Assembly: GCF_006345805.1 (NCBI RefSeq)
Contig: NW_021833277.1
Span: 16,198-80,197, forward strand
DNA length: 64,000 nt
Source of the DNA: Octopus sinensis
Lineage: Eukaryota
Direction of reading: 5' to 3'
In this document: positions 40,577-53,162 of the stretch, one piece after another
Layout of the letters: the number at the start of each line of letters is the position of its first letter
How positions within the stretch are numbered: the first letter of the stretch is position 1
The notes under the pieces: model-generated
Databases searched by the model: none
What the model was told of the DNA's origin: nothing
What the model saw: the letters and a program-made list of their open reading frames with translations, nothing else
Program-made: the position numbers and the translations under genes

Positions 40577-41506
40577 TTAAAAAAAAACTTTTCCAGAGTT
40601 ATGTCGACGTTGTGGGTCATATCTTGATTGGTAAATTGAATAATCGGTTGTTTCTTGATTATTTTGTAAGGAATTTCGATAGTAGTCAAAACTGGATGCC
40701 AGCTGTATTCCGTTCTCAGGGTTGATTTGAGGAATAAAATTCGACATTTGCTGATATTGGACAAACGCGTTTGGATTGTGAGGGAATTGTCCGTTTTGGA
40801 AACTAGTTCCAAAGTTGGAATATGCTTGATAGTTAAATGGATTTTGTTGAGAGTACAAATCAGTCAATGGGGGTCTCGTAAAGTTGCCATTTTCAGGGAA
40901 ATAATTTTCACTGATATTCATGCTATGACTGGATATAGGATGTGACACAACTTGATGTGTCATGTCCATAGGAATAAAATGATGGTCCTTTTTTGCCAGA
41001 TTTTTGTTTTTTCTACGTGGTCTGTATTTATAGTCCGGGTAGTCTCGCATGTGGATAGTTCGAAGTCTTCTGGACTCTTCGACGAAAGGTTTTTTGTCTT
41101 CCTCGGATAACATCTTCCAATTATTTCCCAATCTTTTTGAAATTTCAGAATTATGCATTTTTGGATTTTCCGAAGACATTTTTTTACGTTGGACTCTCGA
41201 CCAGACCATAAAAGAATTCATTGGTCTCTTGATTCTATTTTTTCCATTCGAAATTGGAGCACTTTCAACGTTCTGGTCTTGCTGGTAGTTAACAATCGAA
41301 GTTGATTGAGGATTGTTTTCAAATTTATCGGAGATTGAATTGTATTCCATTTGTGGAGCGGAGTACACTTTTTCCAAGTTATTAGAAACATTGAATTTGT
41401 AATGAGAATTATAATTTTCGTGGTATTTCTTTGATAATAAATTACCCGTTGAATCATTCTGATTGTATTCCAATTGTTGAATAGACATCAATTTATGCTG
41501 TTCCAT
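40577..41506 (-). CDS. SoxB: SoxB-group HMG-box transcription factor, intronless
   Basis: [60 protein letters not shown] in a single 309-aa ORF. Confidence 0.93.
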   Translation of the reverse strand: MEQHKLMSIQQLEYNQNDSTGNLLSKKYHENYNSHYKFNVSNNLEKVYSAPQMEYNSISDKFENNPQSTSIVNYQQDQNVESAPISNGKNRIKRPMNSFMVWSRVQRKKMSSENPKMHNSEISKRLGNNWKMLSEEDKKPFVEESRRLRTIHMRDYPDYKYRPRRKNKNLAKKDHHFIPMDMTHQVVSHPISSHSMNISENYFPENGNFTRPPLTDLYSQQNPFNYQAYSNFGTSFQNGQFPHNPNAFVQYQQMSNFIPQINPENGIQLASSFDYYRNSLQNNQETTDYSIYQSRYDPQRRHNSGKVFF

Positions 41507-44051
41507 TTACTCTATAAATTATTATGAAAATAATAAGACCAACAAAATCTCCACACTCAAACTTTGTTTGCGAAACAATGACCATTTGTTCTCTTGAATA
41601 GTCGAAATAACGCGTTTATACGCCGCCCTGACGACGCGTATTTTATTTTTCAACAAAATATGTCTTTAAACATTCAACCGTAAAATTAAAGCTCATCCCC
41701 TTTTTTAAAATATCTCAACATCAAATATTCGGGGAATTTTTAATGTTTTTCTACACGTAAAATAATTTTTTGGGTTAAATTGGTTTTAAGTGCGGTATTG
41801 AAATATGCACTTGTGGGAACAAAAGGGAGCCATAAATATTGGATTTTAGGCAATAAATCACAGCTGAATAGAAAAACTCTTTGTTATTGAGGTTTTATTA
41901 ATGGGATGACGGAAAGTGGAAACAATAGGCTGACCCAATTCAAAATCTGAATTACTTTCGTATCCAAGGCATTAAAGAATTGAAGTAAATATGCCAACAA
42001 TGCAAGTATTAAGCCACAAATCGACATTCGCTTATTGACGATTAAAGATGGTAGATGATAGGAAACGCTATATAATTATTAGAAATATTGAACAAGGAAT
42101 AGACTGAAGACAATATCATTTATCAATTGCTGGAACATCAATCAAACCGCTTTGATTTGTGCACGTGCAAATACCCATTTTATATCCTAAAAAATATTTA
42201 TTTTACCAAAAATACATTCATTTTTGATTATATAAAAATTGAGTCAATCATATTATATCACAATAATATTAACTCATATGGTCTTAATTAAAACTTTTAA
42301 TTCTTTCTTCAATAAGTAGATGTATTATATCTTTCTTTAAAAATGATTGGTCTTCCTCACTTTGAATTAAACTATTACTTTATAGTAACTGGCAATGGAG
42401 TGTATTTTGTCGGGGAATTGTTTTTTATAGTTGAAACACAATGGACTTCCAATTAAAATTGGCCAATTGTAAAAATATAATAAGGTAATTCATTTATTTC
42501 TCAATAGACGTGAATATTGCTGTCATAAAATCATTTTATGAAAAACAATAATTACAAGAATAAGAGAATATTGGTTTTTCTATTATTTTACGTACATTAA
42601 TTACGAAATTTTCTTTTTGATTTCCCAAAAATAATTTGAGTCTCACTTTCAATATTTAAAATCATAAATTATATTTTTTCAGTTATTTTGCCTTTTTCAA
42701 ACTAGTTTCAATTATCAGGATTATTTTCTAGATTATAAAATTTATGTCAATATCCAAAGCTTTCATCAATCATAATCCGATTTATAAAAGTCGTCAACAT
42801 AAACCAATAATGAATGAAAATGTAGAAAAACAAATTCCATTTAATAATTGTGGATTCTTATGTCATTATGACGATCAAGATTTTCTACCAAAGCCATCAT
42901 ATTGCACGTGGCATCTCTTTTGGAAGCCGATCTTATTTCTGATGTCATTTATAAAGTCAGAAGTTAGTAGTTGTCAAGTCCTGTTTTTGCCTTTACAGCA
43001 GATTACTTCTGAGTTTCCAATGGCAGGATAAATGACAAATGAGAAAACATGTCCGTGCACGTTGAATTTAACTTTTTACTGAAATTTTGATTGTCGTTCA
43101 CATTTTCTTATTTTTAGGACTAAAGAATTTGAAATTGACACGAAAGAGTTAAAATATAAAAACCAACCTCATTGTTGTAAAATTTAAGAATCCCATACTT
43201 TCCTGAAACATTTGTTTATTTAAAAATATCCCAAAAGATATGACTGATTTTACCATTGGTGTATACTGTTTGCGGTATCTAAAATACATTGTTTGTGGTA
43301 TCTAAAAATAGAAGTGATTGATCGCTGCATTTTTAGGGTTAGGGTCTCCTCGGTGTATCGGGAAAAGTTCTTTTAAAATACCCTGAAAAGATGTGGGATA
43401 CATCCATATTTATGGTAAGGAATTTGTTACAAAATAAAAAAAGTTATCCAAATGTACAATTTGGTTAGCTGGCTTTTTCAGAAAATATCGGTCACTGTGC
43501 TTTGCGGAAACTGCTACTCAATACGGCGGCACTAAGCTGACTTTTAGGCTCAGATGTATTAACAACACAAAAATATAAGACCACCGGTGACATTAATTAG
43601 GGAAATGAATTATTCGATTGACTAAATTTTATTTATCAGCATATAACATGATCTAAAATTTCCGTTTCTAACTATCAGTGTCATATAGATGATCACATCT
43701 TCTAACAGTAAAATGAGGTGTTCGGATAGGACAGTAAAATGAGCAAAGTTGTTGAGTTCAAAAATCAAAAAAAAGACACTCCGAAGCAGTAGCAAAAGCT
43801 TTTTGTTTGAATTTCAATTGGTCATAAAAATATAAATGTCTTTTTAGAAGTATCTCACAGAACATAACATCCAACGTGATTTCCAACGTTTTATTTCTTA
43901 TTTCCTTTTTCTTTTTATAGGCTAGTCCTTATGGTGGAAACCTTAAATGTCTATTTATTTAAAAAATGAAATTCTTTGATGTTAGAATATTAAACTAAAT
44001 TATTTTTTGAATAATTAAATTTTTTAATTAATTTTATTATTCTATTTTGTG

Positions 44052-46434
44052 ATGGGGATCCTGTATCACCAAAAAATAGAAAGGCAAAAGACATTTCTGC
44101 TGACACTAATTCTGATCTCAATATGTGTCTTATCGTTCATAACAAGACTCCACTCCGTCATAAAATTCGAAAGCATAATCCACGAATTCGACCCCTGGTT
44201 TAACTATCGTGCCACCAAAATGATGGTCGAGAACTCATTTTATGACTTTATAAACTGGTTTGACGAGTCAGCCTGGTATCCCCTCGGAAGAGACGTCGGC
44301 GGAACAGTCTACCCAGGCATAATGAGTACATCCGGCCTCCTCCATTGGGCACTCCACTCCCTCAGCCTCCCAGTCCACATCCGTGAAGTCTGTGTATTCC
44401 TTCCTGCCTTCTACAGTGGTCTAATGGCCATCACAGCCTATTTATTTGCCTCAGAAGTGTGGAATAAATCAGCCGGGTTGATCTCCGCCTTCATAATGAG
44501 CATAAGTAGTCCCCTTCCACTCATTTCCAGTCCCCGGATATGTCTCCCGATCAGTTGCAGGGAGTTATGACTATGAATGTATTTCAATATTTATAATCAT
44601 GTTTACTCTGTATCTGTGGGCCAGGACTGTCAAGTCTGGGAGTCTCCTTTGGGCAGTTTTTACTGCTTTTTTCTACTTATATGCAGTTGGTGGAGGTTTA
44701 TTGACTTGTAGGTGGCTTCCTGGGGAGGATATATTTATGTAATCAACGTCATCCCTCTCCATGTATTCATACTTGTTATATCTGGTCGATATACTAGTAA
44801 ATTGTTTTGTGGTTTGGTTTATACATGTTTTATTATCAGCTTATACTACTTTTTATATTCTTGGCCTACTTATGTCTATGCAGATACCTTTTGTGGGATT
44901 CCTTCCGCTCACAACCAGCGAACATATGTCTTCTCTCAGTAATATTCGTATAATATGTCAGTGGTGTTTCTACTGCTCTGTTTGGTCGGACTTTTTAAGC
45001 ATTTGGGATCACTAAGTGACTCTCGTTGGGCAGCCAAGGTGGTTTTGTTGTGTTTGGGTGTGTTTGGCCTCGTTAGTGTGTTGATGGTGGGCGTCCTTAC
45101 TTATTTGGGTAGTCTTTTTGGGGGTTATTAGTGAAGGGGTTATTTCCCCTTGGACTGGCCGTCTTTATTCGTTGTTTGACACTTCCTATGCGGCCATCAA
45201 CATTCCAATCATTTCTTCTGTCGCTGAACATCAGATTTCTATTTGGACGAGATATTTTATTGACTTGCATTTTATTCCGACTGTTTTTCCGATTGGAATT
45301 TGGCTGGCTTTTTCTCGTTTGAGTGATCAAATGATTCTGGTTCTCACTCTGGCTGTCACTTCTGCTTATTTTTCTGGGATGATGGTCAGACTGGTGATTA
45401 TTCTGACCCCAATTTCCGCGATTGTGTCATCCTTTGCCTTGGAGTCCGTTTTCCGTAGAATTTCTCGATCCCACCGAACTGAGAAAAATTCATTTTTTTC
45501 ATTCTCGATGGCCACAACTTCACTTTTTGCCGCGATTGCGTTATTTGTTGTGCACAGCACGTGGATTACTGCCGTGATGTATTCGGGGACTTCGATCGTG
45601 CTGGAAGGAAGCGGACAGGACGGGTACTGGTCAGTCAACTATTGGCAGAGCCCACCACATTATCGACGACTACAGAGAGGCCTACTACTGGCTGGGAAGG
45701 AACACCCCAAAGGACTCCAAGATCATGTCCTGGTGGGATTACGGATACCAAATAACGGGGTTTTCTAACAGAACCACCATAGTGGATAATAATACGTGGA
45801 ATAATACTCATATTGCCACTGTACTGTTCTCCTAATCAAATTAGGTGGGCAAAGCTATGGCCTCCAATGAGTCACGGGCTGCCGAAATAGCTCGGGAATT
45901 GGACGTGGATTATGTTCTGGTGGTGTTTGGGGGATATTTGGGGTATGACTCGGACGATATCGCCAAGTTTCTGTGGATGGTCCGAATATCCGAAGGGGAG
46001 TACCCTAACGAGATCCACGTGCCCAATTGCCCGATATTTTAGGAAAATGAGTATTTTGACTCGGAGGGGAACTATAACATTGGAAAGGGCGTTTCTGAGA
46101 GGATGAAGTCTTCTTTGATGTTCCGACTTTGTTACTACCGTTTTCATAACAAGCTGGTAGTATTATACATATATTAAAGACTAATGGATATGACAAGTCG
46201 AGGAGACAGATGGTTGGGCATGTAGTCAATGAGTTGACTCACATGGAGGAGGCATTTACGAGCGAGAATTGGATTGTGAGGATATATAAAGTTAAGGATC
46301 TGCCTTTTCGTGTCAGACTTACATATAAGCCGACATTTCCAATAAGTCTGCCAATGTCTAGAAAAGTAGATTTGTGTGGTTGTAATGTGTAGAATTCGAG
46401 GACCACTAAGGGGTCCATTTATGGAAGAGGGTGA
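44052..46434 (+). CDS. STT3: Oligosaccharyltransferase catalytic subunit STT3, multi-exon
   Basis: [77 protein letters not shown]. Confidence 0.97.
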
Positions 46435-47092
46435 TTGTCTGGTTTTTTGACTTTATTTTTGGTTTAAACTAAAGTTTATTGGGATAGTTTTATTGTTATG
46501 TTTGTGCTGGTGTTGGGGGTTTTGTAGTTGCTGATTTTTGAATTAGGTGGTCTGATTAGACACAAAATATATTTAAAATTGTAGTATCTTCTTGGGAGAT
46601 TTCCTAACTGAATTTTCAACTACACTGAATTTAAAAAATATTTCAATTAGAGCTGTAATCTATTTTAGACTAAATTATCCAGGAATAGTTTTCATTTAGA
46701 AAAGAATAACGACGTCAGCAAAACTACAATTTATTGATCTCTTATAATCAATGATTGCTGTATTCCTGATCAAGTTGCAACAATCGCTTCAACTAAATTT
46801 AATATAGTTGGCAATTTAGATTTAAAAACGTTCAAGGTCATTAGAATGAATCAGCATTTCAACATCAACAATATGTTGATCTGTAGGAAGCATGTAATTA
46901 GCGTCTCTAACAATCGATTGCATAAAATTCGTAGCGGATTTATTATGTCCATTCACTTGGATATACCTTTCCTTGAGAACCAAATTTGCTGAGGAACATC
47001 AACAAATTATTATTTCCCACTCCAATAAAGTTCTCTCAAAAATGCACGTCTATTTTCTTGAATAAAATTGTCTATCTCTCCGCCTTCAATTG

Positions 47093-47170
47093 TGTACTTT
47101 CATCTTTCTTCCACTTTTAATACCATAGATTCGACACAAATTTAGATAGATACACCTTACAACTTTTACG
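47093..47170 (-). mobile_element. Small fragment of a REL retrotransposon related to the intact 48-52 kb element
   Basis: Minus strand VVRCIYLNLCRIYGIKSGRKMKVH versus VVKCIHLHLCRTYGIKRGSKLKTH in the intact ORF. Confidence 0.6.
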
Positions 47171-48352
47171 GGCCTGTGTTATAAATAGAGCGGACTAGGT
47201 ACCAAAGTTAAAATTTAATAATAGTAAGTAAATACTGTTATCATCCCAGAAACTGGAAATTTGATTGGGTAACCTTTCGACCTGAGATTACAAAAAATCT
47301 CGTAAACTTGGGCATTCAATTCGTGTCCAATTGTCGCTTTGGATGTTGAGAAGCCTTGAGCTAGGATTCCTTTTCTTGCTGGCAGGTATAGCATTCTTTT
47401 AGAGATGTTAAATCTTTCTCCTTAAAAAAATAAAACAGAAAATATTTAGGTCAGTTTTATCAAAGACGACTAGAATATTATAACCCTAGTCGATGTAAAT
47501 ATACAAATTTTCTGTAATTTCATCAATTCGTTAAAATAATTTAATTTAAATGTCACAAGGTTGAAGTATTGCTGTCGTATTTTCAGAAAGATATTTAAAC
47601 GATTTATATTTGAATAATTCTCAGTTTTATGGCACCCAGCATTATCCAAAATTAAAAAATTTCTTCTTCGATATATTATCCCGTGTTGAAAATTTTATTT
47701 GTCATCCACGAATTTTTTGAATGAATACATAGGATTCCTATCCAACATATCGAAATCTCTTAGCAACGATGAAATCTGAATTTTTTAATAACCAAAAGTT
47801 ACATTTTTCAAAATTAAATTTAGACATCAAAGAACTCTGGCTCTTTCTTTATTGTGTTCAATTCAATTGTTTAATTTATAATGTTAACTAAATTTTTTAA
47901 TTTTTTTGCTCGTGAACTAACTAAGTGGACTGACTATTGCTAATTTATAAACAAAAAAATCAATTATAATCAAATAACGAATAAATTTACCCTACAAATA
48001 TAAACACATCAAATTAATGTACAGAAATTTCAAAAATGTTATCTCTACGGACTATCCTCCATCCTGAATAGCTTAAAATATACGTTCACGACTTTAGTTC
48101 AAAAATGCCTTTTATTTCTGACCATAACTCGTCTCAAACGCGATTAATTTAGCATTGTTCAAGGTCGACTTTAATTCCTTTCAAGAGGCATTTTAAAAAA
48201 GGTATTGAAGCACACAACATCCCAGATGAAAAGTCTGCCTCCATGGAAAGATATAGCCATTTAGAAATTATTTTTTTAATTCAATAAATATAGCGTCACT
48301 ATAAATAACACATCAACTTTAATAACTGCTATGAAACTTATTGGATACTCCT

Positions 48353-51300
48353 AGTGTTGTTGTGGTGCTGTTCATGTCCGTTTTTCTCGATAAGAAGAAA
48401 ATGAATCCCATGGGCCCTCCTGCAGAAGTAAATTATAAAAAAGATATGGTGGATGCAGGAACGATGTCTCTGGGGCTGGATAATGCCACAAGAGCTTATA
48501 TAAACAATAACCCTACGTTTGGAAGTCGTGTTGCCAATACTAACTTTCACACTCTTTCTGCCATTATTGAGGATGTCGATTGTGTCTCTAAGAATGAATG
48601 GGTGTCACAGGCTGTTCATGCCACCAGACAAAGACTGGGGAGAATACCCAGAGGTGGCTGGAGTTTTATCCTTGAAAAGTTCAACGTGAAATTTTCTGAG
48701 AGTACGAGTCTAACCAGATTGAAAAATATGGCCAATCTCAAACCAGTAGTTGGTAACAATAATGAAGCTGGTGGATCTAATAGCAAACAATTCCCAACAA
48801 GGGAACAAGTGGAAATCTCCAATTTCAGAAATTGCCTGGAAGAGATTAATTTCCAAATTAAGGAAGTTAAATCGATACCGAGAGAGGCTCGTAAGCCTAC
48901 ATGGAAAATTCCAAGAAAATATGTCAAAGCTGATATTTTAATGGGATTAAACTCTGCAATATATCATATTACAAAGGACGATCCACCTCGAGATATCAAT
49001 GCAATTTGTGATATTTTATATGCTGCCCAGTGTGCCTACTCAGTCTTAACTAAGAAAGTTAAGCCACAGACCACATGGTTGGGAAATACCGAGGCGAAGA
49101 TCTCAAAATTATCCGCAGAACTAGAACTTGTAAATTGTTACGTAAGACAGGCTCTGCCACAGTGTGAAAAACAAAATGTGATGGATATTCTATGTCGTTA
49201 TGGATATAAAAAGAAGAAAAAAGGAGAGCTTTCGAGAATCGAATCCTTACTACATGACCTAATCAGAGTTAAGAAAAAACAAATTGCTGTATATAACTCG
49301 AGGAAGGACTTCCGTAAGGACAATGTTTGCTTCGAACTAAACAGAAGAAGATTTTACAGAAACTTATCAAAGAGTAATGAAGTCACAACATACTCTTTTG
49401 ACGATGAGGAGTGCATGTCGTTCTGGGAAAAAGTATGGAGCAAAAGGCGCGAAATATCCGTGTCACTGGACAATGTTAGTAAAAGAATAACCGGCAGTGA
49501 AGACATGTTGCCAGATTTAACAAATAATTACATAATGGAGATCATTAAATATCTTCCTGACTGGAAGGCACCGGGATGTGACGGAATATATAATTTCTTC
49601 ATTAAAAGACTAGAATCTCTGCATGAATTTTTATGTGTTGAAATCAAGAAAATAATCAACGGTGATTACATGCCAGAAAACTGGTTTTATACTGGAATTA
49701 CATATCTAATTCCTAAAAAGAACGATTGTGAGACCCCGAAAGATTTACGGCCTATAACATGCATGTCGACACTTTATAAGTTAGTTACCAAGTGTGTTAA
49801 TGGAAAACTGTCTGAGTTCATGGATGTATTTGGCTTAATTTCCGACAATCAACTTGGTACGAGGAGACAGTGTCAGGGTGCTAAAGAACAGGCCCTTATT
49901 AACCAATGCCTAAATAAAGAGTATGGAAATGGGCTATACTCTGCATGGATTGATGTCAAGAAGGCTTTCGATTCTGTTGACCACGACTTTCTATTTCATG
50001 TGTTGGAGTGCTCTGGGATACCTGTATGGATTGTTAACTTTGTGAAAAGGACTGTACGAATGTGGACTGTAAAGCTCCATGTTGACGGAAGGAGAATTGG
50101 TTCTGTAAAGTTGAGCCGAGGGATTTTACAAGGAGACTCGTTATCTCCGCAACTGTTTGTTATGGTGATGGACCCACTAAGCAGGATTCTTAATGCCATG
50201 TTTCCAAAGGTTCAGATTAATCAACAGGACCCAAATATGTTGACCTATTCTACTAATCATTTGTTCTTCATTGACGACCTAAAGATATTCGCTCTTAAAG
50301 AAGATGTAGTAATTAAAATGATGGAAGCTGTTGATGGATTCTTTAAAACTGTTGGCTTGGAGATGAATTCAGAAAAGTCTGCATCAAATGTCAAATCTTT
50401 ATCTTGTTGTGAGACTTTGGAAGGAGTCAAAGGATATCGCTACTTGGGTGTACTTGAAGATGCAGGAAGTAATGTTCTTAAGAGTAAAGTAATGGATTCT
50501 ATCCTTGGAAATGTAAAGGAAAGGATAACCATGCTTTCAAAGACGAAATTAAATGCGGTAAATTTATTCCACGCTATAAATGAACATGCCATTTCTCTAT
50601 ATAATTATTACATTGGACTCATTAATATTGAACCTCATGAATTTGATTGTATTGACCGTCAAATACGACAACTTCTTACGACTCTCAGACTCCATCTCAA
50701 ACCTGCAAATAAAGAGAGGTTATATTTAAATCGGAAATCTCTTGGGAGAGGACTTGCTTCAGTCTCTTTCAGAAGTGAACTGATACTTTTCCAGTTCATG
50801 AAAAGTTTAGAAAGACAGTCGACAGTATGCTTACGGAGATCGGGAATCCTGCGTGTGATACAAATAAATAAATGGCATATGGCCACAATTGCAGGATTTC
50901 TCGCCTCCAAGTATGCAATTCTCGACATGGAGAATTTGGGTGTTGAATTTATCAAAGATGCTCAAAGAAAATATTTGCTTAAGAACATCAATTGTAAAAT
51001 GCTACATTCGGTTCTATTCAAATGCATGGACGAACAAAATGTTGATCTAGCCACATCCTCAGAGTGGTTATCTAAAGGAAATAATGGTCCACGGAGTGAA
51101 GCATTGTACTGTCTCTTGCAGGATAGGAATTTGTTCTTCACATCCATGGGATCTTTATGCAGTCACTGCAAAAAATGCAAGAAAACAGTTGATCATTTGG
51201 CTACGCAGTGTGGAAAGATGTTAAACAGTGATTATCTGCGGAGACACAATGAAGTTGTGAAGTGCATTCACCTTCATTTGTGTCGAACCTACGGTATTAA

Positions 51301-51982
51301 GAGAGGAAGCAAATTAAAGACTCATTCTGTTCAGTCCATATTATCGACGCAGAATGTTGAAATCAGAGTCGATATGTCAATCATGACGGAAACTAAAGTT
51401 CAATCCAACAAACCAGATATCTTCGTGTATGACAAAACCAAACAAGAGATAACCTTAATTGAAGTTGGCATCACGTCACAAGATCGCCTCAAACAAGTAG
51501 AAATCGAGAAATTTCGTAAATATGATCTGCTCGCAAACGAACTTTCGATACTTTATGATGCAAAGGTAAAGATTATCCCGGTTGTCTTGACCTGGGACGG
51601 TGTTGTTTCGAGATATTTCAAAAACTATATGGACAAATTATCGATCGAAAAAGCCACAAGAACTTATATTCAATCTGTCGTTTTAAAAAGGACTCTAGAA
51701 AGCATGGTAGTTGAACACAGACATGGAGTGAGAGTATCTGCCGAAGAATACGCCTCTGCTGCTTACCAGCTTGCAGAAGTGGCATGCTGCCGTGACACGC
51801 CGGTGAAAGATGTGAGACAAATAGAAAATCTATCTGACTGGGAGATGGAGAGTGAGAAGGAACTGGTTGCAAGCTCTTCTCCTAAAAGGAGGAGAAAGAT
51901 TCCAATAAGCGGGACTGAGAATCTAAATTAAATAGTCTAGCTTAAGTTAAATTTTGTTTCTTTTAATAATAGACTAATATCA
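48353..51982 (+). mobile_element. Intact single-ORF REL-type (R2-superfamily, R4/NeSL-like) non-LTR retrotransposon with 13-bp TSD
   Basis: TSD ATTGGATACTCCT at 48340-48352 and 51983-51995, enclosing an uninterrupted ORF with RT, CCHC knuckle and restriction-like endonuclease. Confidence 0.93.
48374..51931 (+). CDS. Retrotransposon protein: RT + zinc knuckle + PD-(D/E)xK endonuclease
   Basis: WKAPGCDG, LRPITC, IDVKKAFDSV, QGDSLSP, FFIDDL, YRYLG, CSHC..HLATQC, RRHNEV, KPDI..IEV..EK..KY. First ATG inside the TSD boundary is at 48374. Confidence 0.93.
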   Translation: MSVFLDKKKMNPMGPPAEVNYKKDMVDAGTMSLGLDNATRAYINNNPTFGSRVANTNFHTLSAIIEDVDCVSKNEWVSQAVHATRQRLGRIPRGGWSFILEKFNVKFSESTSLTRLKNMANLKPVVGNNNEAGGSNSKQFPTREQVEISNFRNCLEEINFQIKEVKSIPREARKPTWKIPRKYVKADILMGLNSAIYHITKDDPPRDINAICDILYAAQCAYSVLTKKVKPQTTWLGNTEAKISKLSAELELVNCYVRQALPQCEKQNVMDILCRYGYKKKKKGELSRIESLLHDLIRVKKKQIAVYNSRKDFRKDNVCFELNRRRFYRNLSKSNEVTTYSFDDEECMSFWEKVWSKRREISVSLDNVSKRITGSEDMLPDLTNNYIMEIIKYLPDWKAPGCDGIYNFFIKRLESLHEFLCVEIKKIINGDYMPENWFYTGITYLIPKKNDCETPKDLRPITCMSTLYKLVTKCVNGKLSEFMDVFGLISDNQLGTRRQCQGAKEQALINQCLNKEYGNGLYSAWIDVKKAFDSVDHDFLFHVLECSGIPVWIVNFVKRTVRMWTVKLHVDGRRIGSVKLSRGILQGDSLSPQLFVMVMDPLSRILNAMFPKVQINQQDPNMLTYSTNHLFFIDDLKIFALKEDVVIKMMEAVDGFFKTVGLEMNSEKSASNVKSLSCCETLEGVKGYRYLGVLEDAGSNVLKSKVMDSILGNVKERITMLSKTKLNAVNLFHAINEHAISLYNYYIGLINIEPHEFDCIDRQIRQLLTTLRLHLKPANKERLYLNRKSLGRGLASVSFRSELILFQFMKSLERQSTVCLRRSGILRVIQINKWHMATIAGFLASKYAILDMENLGVEFIKDAQRKYLLKNINCKMLHSVLFKCMDEQNVDLATSSEWLSKGNNGPRSEALYCLLQDRNLFFTSMGSLCSHCKKCKKTVDHLATQCGKMLNSDYLRRHNEVVKCIHLHLCRTYGIKRGSKLKTHSVQSILSTQNVEIRVDMSIMTETKVQSNKPDIFVYDKTKQEITLIEVGITSQDRLKQVEIEKFRKYDLLANELSILYDAKVKIIPVVLTWDGVVSRYFKNYMDKLSIEKATRTYIQSVVLKRTLESMVVEHRHGVRVSAEEYASAAYQLAEVACCRDTPVKDVRQIENLSDWEMESEKELVASSSPKRRRKIPISGTENLN

Positions 51983-52290
51983 ATTGGATACTCCTTTCTT
52001 CCGTTGTTGCCAACACTCATTTTTGTAATTTACATAGAAGCTCGATTGCTGTTTCCAGCGAGAACTGTCAATTCATTCCATACACACGTGACATATAATA
52101 TCTTGCCGTGTTTATCCACATGAGCGACAATAGACGCACTAATCTTATCCCAAACTCTGTAGTATGTTGGACATGTTTGAAAATTGGGCACTGGGAGCAT
52201 ATAAAAAAATCAATCGTATTAACACTCTAAAAACTGATCCAAAATTGATTCATTTATGAAAATGAATCCTTGAAATGTATTTGCAACTTT
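51983..52290. repeat. Dispersed repeat copy 1 (right half; left half at 48277-48352), interrupted by the REL element
   Basis: Aligns with 55618-55960 and 56453-56500, e.g. GAAGCTCGATTGCTGTTTC and CCGTGTTTATCCACATGAGCGACAATAGACGCACTAATC. Confidence 0.85.
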
Positions 52291-53162
52291 TGTTGAGAAG
52301 ATTGTTGTGTTGAGAATTTTGTTGAATTTCCGGCATTTTCAATTCAGAGCAAACAGCCATTTTATTTTTGCTGCAAAAAATGTTTTTTAACAGTTTAACT
52401 TGATTGACACTAAATTTAATACTTGGTTTTTTAGGAAATAGGACGTAAAATAAAGACTTTAAAAAACTTGCAACTTTATCCTAAAATCGTTCAAATTTCT
52501 TTAAACTGAAAGTCTCTTTATAAAAGTCTGAAGAAGAGATTGTGGAAAGATTTATTAATTGTCTAATGAATACAAATGTGAAGCTTACTGAGTCTTTCCG
52601 GTGGTTTATATGTGAAGAAATGCTACGTTTGTTCGAGATCGGAACTTATTTTTCGAAAAACCGAATTAAAGTGCACTCATTCCAACATTGTAAAAAACAT
52701 TGATTATTTGGCTACAAAATGTGACCGAATGCTCATCAGTGATTATTTTTAGAATTCTACAAAAGACCGGTTTAATAAAAAAGATCCCAGAAAGTATTCG
52801 AGTTGAGTACAGCTGTGGGTGGATGACAAAGATGACTGTCAGCAGATTGAGGTCAATGATTTGTTCGACATTACAAGATTGAGGTCAATGATTTGATGAA
52901 GAATTCAAAGAACGACGCTTTAACGAATGACATGATGAGGACAATAAAAGGAGGTTAAAAAATGAACAGAAAGACTCTCAACTCTAAAAATCTTAGGATG
53001 AAGAAGTTTTTGCAGAAATAATAAGAATAGTTCAAAAAATGACGTAAAAGTTGAGAATTCCATCTTTTATTAATTTGATATGAATTAGTTATTTTTATTT
53101 AACTTTATCATAATTTTTATTACATTAAATTATAAGAATTAAATTTATACTGTTCTCATTTA

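Noticed and set aside
43332-43345. TTAGGGTTAGGG telomere-like motif
   Set aside because: Only two units, which is expected by chance.
48341-48373. ORF-track start of the 1196-aa ORF at 48341
   Set aside because: The TTG lies inside the target-site duplication. The first ATG within the element is at 48374.
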